A stretch of 64,000 nucleotides of DNA. It comes from Candidatus Thermofontivivens primus. GTDB lineage: Bacteria > Sysuimicrobiota > Sysuimicrobiia > Sysuimicrobiales > Thermofontiviventaceae. This document shows, piece by piece, positions 57,067 through 64,000 of this stretch. The notes under the pieces are model-generated. The model made no database searches and was not told the DNA's origin. It was given only the letters and a program-made list of their open reading frames with translations. The position numbers and the translations under genes are program-made. Numbering within the stretch: the first letter of the stretch is position 1; every line of letters begins with the position of its first letter. The stretch covers positions 129,728 to 193,727 of the forward strand of contig JAVKJW010000002.1 of assembly GCA_031458695.1 (NCBI GenBank), written 5' to 3'.

Positions 57067-58608
57067 GTGAGGCGGACAAAGCGGGTGAGGGTCTTATCGT
57101 TCTTCCTCGTTCTCATCCTCGCCGTGTCCTGGAGCCTTCTACCAGGGAAGACGCGCGCGAGCGCGGGCACTAAGCTTGCGCAGCCCCCACCAAGCTCCCC
57201 CCAGGTGGACACGACCCAGGAACAGCCCCTTCTTCTGGAAGCCGACAGGATCGAGTTCAACGCAGCACGGGACAAGGTCTTTGCCCAGGGGAATGTCCGC
57301 ATCTCCTACAAAGGGATCCGCCTTGCCGCTCGTGAGGTCGAGATCGACCTGAGAAAAGAGGAGCTCGTCGCCCGCGGGGAGGTTGTTCTCATCGACGAGG
57401 GCCGTGAGTTGCGTGGACAGGTTGTCGTCTACGACCTCCGGAACCGCCGTGGGCGGGCAATGGAAGCGGAGACCATCCTGGACCGGATTTTTTACAGGGC
57501 GCGGTCCTTCGATGTCGCCCGGGACCTTCTCCTGGGCGAGGAGGTCATGGCGACCACCTGCAACCCCCAGCGCCCGATCTACCACATCACCGCCCGCAGG
57601 GTGGAGGTGATCCCAGGGCGCCGCATCATCGCCCGGGACGCTTCCTTTTGGGTAGGCGGGGTCCGAATCATCACCCTTCCCTTTGTACAGCTCTCTGCGG
57701 GCGACCCACGCTCCCTTGGCCCCCGGCTTGGCTATAACCCGACGGACGGGTGGTGGATCGACTACACCTATACCTACGACGCTGGCACTCTCCCTGCACT
57801 CCTTTACCTGAAGTACGGAACGAAGAGCGGGCTGCACTTCCGGAACACCACAACCTTCACGCAGCCGGGCTACAGCGCTTCGCTGGTGGTAGGCCGTGAC
57901 CAGGACAAGGACCTGAACACCTTTGAGCGGGTGGATCTTACCCTCGCCACACCTGCCGTGCGTCTTGGCACCTACCCGATCTCGGTCACGCTCCAGACGA
58001 GCGTGGGGTACTTCCGCGAATCCATCACGGGCGCCTCCACCTCCAGGGTGGATGGCGTGCTCTCTTTCGCTACCGACCAGTTTCAGCTCGATCCCATGAC
58101 CTCCTGGAGCGCCTCCGCGTACGTCCGCCGCTCCTGGTATGGCACCGGCGCAAACCGGCTGATCTCCAGCGGCTCGATTGGGCTCACGCGGTCCCTTGAC
58201 CAGTGGTCAAGCGCCGGGTTAAGTTATACCCGGACCGTCGTCGAGGGGAACACCCCGTTCAGCTTCGACAGCGTCTCTGCCACGAGCGCAGTCAGCGTTG
58301 GATACTCCAGGCGGATCGGGGGCCAGTACCATGTCAACCTCGGTGTCAACCACGATTTCCTGGTCCCGGAGACCAAGGTCTCTGCCGAAGCTGGGGTACA
58401 AGTCGTCAAGGATCTCTACTTCACTGTCTCGGCTGTCTACAACGTGCGCACGGCATCTTACGAAGATATCGATTATGTGCTGGCAAAACGGTGTGACTGT
58501 GTGGAGTTCTCGATCAAGTACAGGCAGGTTCGCCAGGAATGGTGGGTTGAAATCGGACTGGTAGCGTTCCCTGAGACACGGTTCACGTATCAATTCCCGA
58601 GGCCTTAG
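57067..58608 (+). CDS. LptD-like outer-membrane assembly protein
   Basis: Signal peptide; OstA-like jellyroll (LEAD.I.....A.GNV.I...L.A), TTC....P.YHI.A motif; C-terminal alternating beta-barrel pattern. Confidence 0.8.
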   Translation: MRRTKRVRVLSFFLVLILAVSWSLLPGKTRASAGTKLAQPPPSSPQVDTTQEQPLLLEADRIEFNAARDKVFAQGNVRISYKGIRLAAREVEIDLRKEELVARGEVVLIDEGRELRGQVVVYDLRNRRGRAMEAETILDRIFYRARSFDVARDLLLGEEVMATTCNPQRPIYHITARRVEVIPGRRIIARDASFWVGGVRIITLPFVQLSAGDPRSLGPRLGYNPTDGWWIDYTYTYDAGTLPALLYLKYGTKSGLHFRNTTTFTQPGYSASLVVGRDQDKDLNTFERVDLTLATPAVRLGTYPISVTLQTSVGYFRESITGASTSRVDGVLSFATDQFQLDPMTSWSASAYVRRSWYGTGANRLISSGSIGLTRSLDQWSSAGLSYTRTVVEGNTPFSFDSVSATSAVSVGYSRRIGGQYHVNLGVNHDFLVPETKVSAEAGVQVVKDLYFTVSAVYNVRTASYEDIDYVLAKRCDCVEFSIKYRQVRQEWWVEIGLVAFPETRFTYQFPRP

Positions 58609-58613
58609 GGGAA

Positions 58614-58680
58614 AGTGAAGGGTGACAGAGTGAAAGGTGACAAAGTGAAAAGTGACAAGGTGAAAAGCGATGAAGTGAAA
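58614..58680. repeat. 15-bp (7+8) tandem repeat RGTGAAA-RGTGACAA x4.5
   Basis: AGTGAAG GGTGACAG AGTGAAA GGTGACAA AGTGAAA AGTGACAA GGTGAAA AGCGATGA AGTGAAA. Confidence 0.88.
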
Positions 58681-58699
58681 ACGTGAGGAGAGGTTTCTC

Positions 58700-60079
58700 A
58701 TGGTCGTTGAAATCCCCGCAGAGATCTTCCGCGAGTACGACATCCGTGGGGTCGTCGGGGAGGATCTCACTCCCGAGGCCGCCGAGGTCATTGCACGGGC
58801 GTATGCCACGTATCTCCGCCGCTTCGGCGAACGCACCGTCATCGTGGGCTACGATAACCGCAGGAGCTCCCCGGCCCTGCGGGATGCGGTGGTCAGGGGG
58901 CTCACCGCGACAGGGATGGATGTGCTCGACATCGGGATGGTCATCACCCCGATCTTCTACTACGCCCGGATTCACTACGGCGTGGACGGGGGAATGATGA
59001 TCACCGCCAGCCACAACCCTCCTGAGTACAACGGGTTCAAACTCACCCACGGCTACGCAACGCTCTATGGGGAGGAGATCCAGGAGATCCGCCGGATCGC
59101 CCTTCGAGGGGATTTTCCAACAGGGAGCGGGACGGTCGATTTCAAGGATGCAGTGACAGCTTACCGGCAGATGATCCGAGAGAAGATCCGCCTCGGCCCG
59201 AGGAGGTTGCGTGTCGTCGTGGATTGCGGCAACGGGACCAGCAGCCTCGTCGCCCCCCAAGTCCTCTCCGATCTTGGGTGCGAGGTGATCCCCCTCTACT
59301 GCGACTCCGACCCTTCGTTCCCCCATCACCATCCCGATCCTGTGGATCCCAAGAATCTCCAGGACTTGATCCGCACTGTTCTTGAGACAAAGGCCGATCT
59401 GGGATTAGGGTTTGACGGGGATGGTGACCGCCTGGGGTGCGTGGACGAGCGGGGGAACATCGTCTGGGGCGATATGCTCATGATCCTGTTCTGGCGGGAG
59501 ATCCTCCCCAAGTATCCAGGGACGACGGCCATCGTGGAGGTGAAGTGCTCTCAGGCGCTCGTCGAGGAGATCGAGCGCCTTGGCGGGAAACCGTTCTTCT
59601 ACCGCACCGGCCACTCCCTGATCAAGAACAAGATGAAGGAGATCGGGGCGGTCTTCACGGGGGAAATGTCCGGGCACATGTTCTTCGCCGACGAATACTA
59701 CGGCTACGATGATGCCATCTATGCAGCCTGCCGCCTCCTGCGCATCCTCTCCCATACAGATCAAACCCTCTCCGAGTTGCTTTCCGATGTCCCGCGCTAC
59801 CCCATCACCCCAGAGACCCGGGTGGATTGCCCGGACGACCGCAAGTTCGAGGTGGTGAAGGAAGTCACGAGGCGCTTCCGGGAGCGTTACCCGGTCATCG
59901 ACGTGGATGGCGTCCGGGTGCTCTTCCCCGACGGCTGGGGGCTCATTCGGGCCAGCAACACCCAGCCCGTGCTCGTCCTCCGCGCAGAGAGCACCTCCGA
60001 GGAGGGCCTCGAGCGGATCAAGCAAGTGATTACAGAAGAACTTCGCCGCTTCCCTGAGGTTGGCGAGATCCCCTGGTAG
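58700..60079 (+). CDS. Phosphomannomutase/phosphoglucomutase
   Basis: IFREYDIRG, ITASHNP, FDGDGDR, GEMSGH, RASNTQP. Confidence 0.96.
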   Translation: MVVEIPAEIFREYDIRGVVGEDLTPEAAEVIARAYATYLRRFGERTVIVGYDNRRSSPALRDAVVRGLTATGMDVLDIGMVITPIFYYARIHYGVDGGMMITASHNPPEYNGFKLTHGYATLYGEEIQEIRRIALRGDFPTGSGTVDFKDAVTAYRQMIREKIRLGPRRLRVVVDCGNGTSSLVAPQVLSDLGCEVIPLYCDSDPSFPHHHPDPVDPKNLQDLIRTVLETKADLGLGFDGDGDRLGCVDERGNIVWGDMLMILFWREILPKYPGTTAIVEVKCSQALVEEIERLGGKPFFYRTGHSLIKNKMKEIGAVFTGEMSGHMFFADEYYGYDDAIYAACRLLRILSHTDQTLSELLSDVPRYPITPETRVDCPDDRKFEVVKEVTRRFRERYPVIDVDGVRVLFPDGWGLIRASNTQPVLVLRAESTSEEGLERIKQVITEELRRFPEVGEIPW

Positions 60080-60190
60080 GCACGCCAGGAGGAAAACCTG
60101 CAGGTCGGAAGAAAGAAATACCCCGTGCCCTCAGATTGCTCGAGATTTGCTGTAGGTTTGGGGAAAGGTTCCGAATCCTCCATACGGAGA

Positions 60191-60922
60191 ATGGCGATGT
60201 CCAGGCGAGGCCTCTTCATTGCGGTGCTCTTTGTGCTCTCTGCAAGTGGCGTTGTATGGGGAGCTTCGGATCCTTTGCTCCAGAGGGCCTTTGACCGGCT
60301 CCTGGGGAACCCCAAAGAGCTTCGGGTTGACGCCATCCCGTATCCCCAAAGACAGGGGGAGTATGCCCGGGTGTACCTCTACGCGCGCGGCGCACGCATC
60401 GGGGGCCTCCTCGTGGACGAGCTGTGGATCCGGCTCGTGAACCTCACCGTGGATGTTCCAGCTTTGACCGGTGGGACGCTGAAGGTGAAGGACTATCTCG
60501 ATAGCGCCATCTACGCGCGGATCTCCGTCCGCAGCTTGGAGCAGTTTTTCCTCGCTGCCAACTCGTTCAAGGACATCCGCCTCTGGATAGAAGGAGGATC
60601 CATTCACGGGATGGGGACGGTCCTCTTCCAGGGAGTCCCGGCAAAAATCCGGCTCTCCGGGTTCTTTGCAGCCAACGGGGAACCGGAGGTGTGGTTTTAT
60701 GTGGAATCCCTCCACCTCAACATGCTCCCTGTCCTATCCCCTGTCATCTACCAGCTGGAGCGGCAGATCAACCCTATCCTGAACCTTCGTTCCTGGCCGA
60801 TCGTCTTCAAAATTCGTAGCGTGAAGGTGACACGGGAGGAAATCATCATCGCCACGCAGGCAGACCTCTCTAAACCCTGCTTGATCTGCGGGGGAGGCGA
60901 GCCCCCCGCCCTCTCACCATAA
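60191..60922 (+). CDS. Exported hypothetical protein, DUF2993/LmeA-like
   Basis: Signal/TM N-terminus; beta-rich pattern (A.G.RI.GL.VD.L.I.L....VD) resembling DUF2993; C-terminal CxxC. Confidence 0.6.
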   Translation: MAMSRRGLFIAVLFVLSASGVVWGASDPLLQRAFDRLLGNPKELRVDAIPYPQRQGEYARVYLYARGARIGGLLVDELWIRLVNLTVDVPALTGGTLKVKDYLDSAIYARISVRSLEQFFLAANSFKDIRLWIEGGSIHGMGTVLFQGVPAKIRLSGFFAANGEPEVWFYVESLHLNMLPVLSPVIYQLERQINPILNLRSWPIVFKIRSVKVTREEIIIATQADLSKPCLICGGGEPPALSP

Positions 60923-60934
60923 CCAAAATTCCGT

Positions 60935-61005
60935 GTTCGAAGGTTTGAAAGTTCAGGTTGGCAAGTTAAGAAATACGCCAACGTGCAACCTGCCAACCTG
61001 CAACA
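60935..61005. repeat. Head-to-head 7/8-mer arrays (CAGGTTG / CAACCTG)
   Basis: CAGGTTGGCA (60954) pairs with TGCCAACCTG (60991); left arm is 18/19 identical to 16486-16504; between convergent genes. Confidence 0.85.
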
Positions 61006-61024
61006 TTTATATGCGTATATGCGG

Positions 61025-62353
61025 TTATATGCGGTCCACGAAGCGACCGGGGTTCAGGATCCCCTTCGGGTCGAACTGCTCTTTCAGCCTGCGCATGAGG
61101 TGAATACCAGCTGGCGGCTCTCCCCATACGTCGAGACGGGCTTTTAGCTCCACGGGGGCCGACAAAATCACGGCATGGCCCCCCAGGCGCCGGCTCTCCT
61201 CCTGGACGCGCCGGGCGAACTCTTCCGCCAGCCCGAGATCGGAAGGAGTTGCCACCGCGAGGAGGATTCCGCTTGCGGCATGGGAGAGGACTTGGAGCTC
61301 AGGCAAGTTTCCCCTCACCTCTTCCAACACCGAAAATGCCGCGGGGGTAGCGGAGATGGGAACAGCGACCTTGATGGAGAGGCCGCCTCCCCCGTACCCA
61401 AAGTTCCTCACTGCCTCCCATACCCTTCGGTGCCTCTCGTCCTCGAGGACATCGTAGGAAAGTCCTGCTTCCTTTGCCATGGAGCGGAGATCCCGGATGT
61501 GGCGATCCACGGATTCGCGAAATCCCTCGCTCGCGATGAGGACACCGTATGGATGGTCCGTCACCTGGACGTCGAGGGGTGCCAGCGCATGCCCTGTGAC
61601 CACGGGGTTCATGACCTCCACGGCACAAGGCAATAGCTTGGATGCGAGGAGGAGGTCCACAAGGCGGAATGCGCGATCCCGCCCAGCTCCCCAGGCGACG
61701 AGGGTTTTCCCCTCTTCCGGCAGGGGGGCCATCTTGAAGGTGACCTCGGTGATGATCCCAACGGTTCCCAGGGAACCGACGTAGAGCTTGCACATGTCAT
61801 AGCCGGCGACGTTCTTGACGACCTTACCGCCGCCTTTGATCACCTCGCCAGAGGGGAGCGCCGCCTTGATCCCGATGACCAGATCCCTGACTCCACCATA
61901 CGCCAGGCGTCTCGGTCCAGTTGTATTCGTGGCCACGATCCCACCGATGGTGGAGCGCTCCGGGAAGGGTGCATCGATGGCCAGGAACTGGCCCCGCTGC
62001 CCAAGGGTGCGCTGCAGGTCGCTAAGCCGGATGCCTGCCTCCACGGTGGCGGTGAGGTTCGCATCGTCGTGTTCCACGATCCTGTTCAACCGATCCAACC
62101 GCACCACCACGTCGCAGGCGCGAGGGATATTCCCTAAGGAGATCTTCGTCCCTCCTCCCCACGGGATCACCGCCGCACCGGAGTCCTGGCAGAGGCGCAG
62201 GATCCGGGACAGCTCCTCCACGTCCCCTGGGGATACGGCAATTTGTGGGGTTTTCCCGTCGATCGCATAGGCCTGGAAGCCCTCGGGATGAAATGTAACA
62301 TGGGCCTCCCCTGCGATCGCGCTGAATTCGCGGGCCAGGGCTCTGTAGTCCAT
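61025..62353 (-). CDS. glcE: Glycolate oxidase FAD-binding subunit
   Basis: P.GGGTK, TIGG..ATN..GPRR..YG..RD, GGKVVKNVAGYD, FDP.GILNPGRF. Confidence 0.88.
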   Translation of the reverse strand: MDYRALAREFSAIAGEAHVTFHPEGFQAYAIDGKTPQIAVSPGDVEELSRILRLCQDSGAAVIPWGGGTKISLGNIPRACDVVVRLDRLNRIVEHDDANLTATVEAGIRLSDLQRTLGQRGQFLAIDAPFPERSTIGGIVATNTTGPRRLAYGGVRDLVIGIKAALPSGEVIKGGGKVVKNVAGYDMCKLYVGSLGTVGIITEVTFKMAPLPEEGKTLVAWGAGRDRAFRLVDLLLASKLLPCAVEVMNPVVTGHALAPLDVQVTDHPYGVLIASEGFRESVDRHIRDLRSMAKEAGLSYDVLEDERHRRVWEAVRNFGYGGGGLSIKVAVPISATPAAFSVLEEVRGNLPELQVLSHAASGILLAVATPSDLGLAEEFARRVQEESRRLGGHAVILSAPVELKARLDVWGEPPAGIHLMRRLKEQFDPKGILNPGRFVDRI

Positions 62354-62370
62354 CCTCTTGACCTAACGAC

Positions 62371-62460
62371 CGAAACGCTACAAACGCAATGAACGCTACA
62401 AACGCTATGAACGCTACAAACGCAATGAACGCAATGAACGCTATGGACGCTATAAACGCT
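62371..62460. repeat. 9-bp tandem repeat x10 (AYRAACGCW)
   Basis: CGAAACGCT ACAAACGCA ATGAACGCT ACAAACGCT ATGAACGCT ACAAACGCA ATGAACGCA ATGAACGCT ATGGACGCT ATAAACGCT; the last units overlap the glcF stop. Confidence 0.92.
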
Positions 62461-63745
62461 CTTGGTACGCTTGGTCCATGAGGTCCAACAGGTGGTACAC
62501 TGGCATCTCCAGACCGGCGCGCTTCAGGCCGTAACGGATCTGCAGCATGCATCCGGGGTTTGGCGCAACAACCGCCTGTGCGCCGGTCCTCTGGATGTTC
62601 GCCACCTTCTCCTCCAGCAACCTCCTGGACATCTCTGGTTGGGTGAGGTTGTAGATCCCCGCGCTCCCGCAGCACCTGTCGGAGGCTTCCATCTCCACCA
62701 GCTCGATGCCCGGGATGGCCCGCAGGAGGGCGCGTGGTTGGGCGCGCACCCTCTGCCCGTGGGCGAGGTGACACGGATCTTGATAGGTGACACGCAAGGG
62801 GACATGTCCAGGCGGGGGGTTAAGCCCAATCTCCGCCAGGAATTCCGTGACGTCTCTGACCTTGCGCGCGAACTCCATGGCCTTGTGGACATAGGCCGGA
62901 TCATCCGCGAGGAGGTGGCCGTACTCCTTCATCGCTGCCCCGCACCCGGCGGCGTTGGTGAGCACGTAGTCTGCACCTGTGGCCAGGAACGCGTCGATGT
63001 TGCGGCGAGCCATCGCCTTCGCCGCCTCGACCTCCCCGTTGTGGGCGTTGAGCGCCCCGCAGCATCCCTGGTTGCGCGGGATCACAACCTCGCACCCGTT
63101 TCTCTGGAGGACGCGGACGGTGGCCTCGTTGACGTCACTGAACAGGGTGCTCATCACGCAACCGCTGAGGAAGGCCACGCGGGCGCGCCTGTTGCCCATC
63201 GCTGGCAGGACCTCAGGGGGGTCGAAGAAGTGGCGAGGGATGGGAGGGAGCATGCTCTGGGCTTCCCAGAGGCGCTTGGGGAGGAAGACCCTCCCCAGGG
63301 CCACGAGCCCGCTTCTCTGGAGGAAGCGAAGGGCACGGATCAGCAGGCGCAAGCGATGGGGAAATGGAAGGATCGCATTCAGGAAGAGTCGCGTGAGGAA
63401 ACGGCCTGCCCCGGATCCCGGCGGGCCGATGGCGGCGCGAGCCGCTTCGGCGATGCGGCCGAACTGCACCCCGGCAGGGCAGGCTGTTTCACAGGCCCGG
63501 CATATCAGGCAGAGGTAGATGTGCTCTGCGAACCGCGGAGTCAGCGAGATGCGCCCATCGGCGAGGGCCTTGACCAGGTGGATGCGCCCCCGCGGCGACT
63601 CGGTCTCCAGGCGGAGGTCCCGATACGTTGGGCAGTGGTTGAGGCAGAGGCCACAGTGGACGCACTGGTACAGCTCAGGGAGGTCCAAGCTCGCCCACCT
63701 CGACGCCGCTTTGACCGCCCCTTGGGCGCTCACGAGCTCGCTCAT
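62450..63745 (-). CDS. glcF: Glycolate oxidase Fe-S subunit
   Basis: CVHCGLC...CPTY, SPRGR, CLICRAC...CP; two CCG domains. Confidence 0.92.
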   Translation of the reverse strand: MSELVSAQGAVKAASRWASLDLPELYQCVHCGLCLNHCPTYRDLRLETESPRGRIHLVKALADGRISLTPRFAEHIYLCLICRACETACPAGVQFGRIAEAARAAIGPPGSGAGRFLTRLFLNAILPFPHRLRLLIRALRFLQRSGLVALGRVFLPKRLWEAQSMLPPIPRHFFDPPEVLPAMGNRRARVAFLSGCVMSTLFSDVNEATVRVLQRNGCEVVIPRNQGCCGALNAHNGEVEAAKAMARRNIDAFLATGADYVLTNAAGCGAAMKEYGHLLADDPAYVHKAMEFARKVRDVTEFLAEIGLNPPPGHVPLRVTYQDPCHLAHGQRVRAQPRALLRAIPGIELVEMEASDRCCGSAGIYNLTQPEMSRRLLEEKVANIQRTGAQAVVAPNPGCMLQIRYGLKRAGLEMPVYHLLDLMDQAYQERL

Positions 63746-63749
63746 GCGA

Positions 63750-64000
63750 TCACACCCATAGCCCTGCGGGGATCTTGTGGGGTGCGACCCCGACCTCCCC
63801 GCACGAAGGCGGGGAAGGGAAGACCTTGGCGGGATTGAACCGGTTCATAGGATCGAACGTCCTCTTGACCTTGGCCATCGCTTCTAGGTCTGCTTCAGTG
63901 AACAGCCAGTGCATGAATTCCTTCTTCTCCACCCCGATCCCGTGCTCCCCGGTGAGGCTCCCCCCGACCTCCACGCACGCCCGGAGGATCTCTGCGCTTG
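63750..64000 (-). CDS. glcD: Glycolate oxidase subunit GlcD, C-terminal part (truncated by the window edge)
   Basis: GGSLTGEHGIGVEK...FDP...NP.K.FP. Confidence 0.88.
   Translation of the reverse strand, partial: SAEILRACVEVGGSLTGEHGIGVEKKEFMHWLFTEADLEAMAKVKRTFDPMNRFNPAKVFPSPPSCGEVGVAPHKIPAGLWV

Noticed and set aside
62462..63838. 458-aa plus-strand ORF (similar cases at 32343-33659, 35664-36926 and 36749-38086)
   Set aside because: Overlap well-supported genes in another frame or strand and show no motifs.

Overview
GC-rich bacterial chromosomal window, densely coding, with about 62 CDS and one initiator tRNA-Met. It combines Firmicutes-like housekeeping synteny (yabE-rsmA...ispE-purR) with diderm envelope genes (TolC, LptD-like, LpxB-like, MsbA-like). 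This suggests a diderm Terrabacteria lineage such as Armatimonadota or relatives (inference only). Contents in order: purM-purN-purH; a DUF2892/CsoR(CstR-like)/CoA-disulfide reductase operon; yabE-like, rsmA, aminotransferase, LCP; ispE, NTP transferase, purR; a TetR-TolC-HlyD-ABC efflux operon; flavin reductase; HAD; tRNA-fMet; a divergent AhcY; DsrE2-TusA-SQR-TusA-like and DoxX sulfur genes; a stand-alone core methionine synthase; SRPBCC; Mrp/ApbC; 2-oxoacid:ferredoxin oxidoreductase; a decayed nucleotidyltransferase remnant; a LacI-headed catabolic cluster of unknown substrate; deoC; Zn-ADH; a MoaD-MoaE fusion; M48; PHP; an outer-membrane glycolipid locus; PMM/PGM; glcE-glcF-glcD. The most notable non-catalogue signals are: (1) a dispersed family of short-period (7/8/9/15 bp) tandem arrays, often head-to-head inverted, in at least 9 intergenic gaps; (2) a probable split persulfide regulon sharing an operator half-site; (3) an AbfD/HpaB-family flavoprotein lacking Fe-S ligands inside an orphan catabolic pathway; (4) an AhcY with substituted catalytic motifs; (5) a double-LpxB-like glycolipid locus. 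No CRISPR array, rRNA, transposase or integrase was seen. All calls come from motif recognition by eye; no database search was run.
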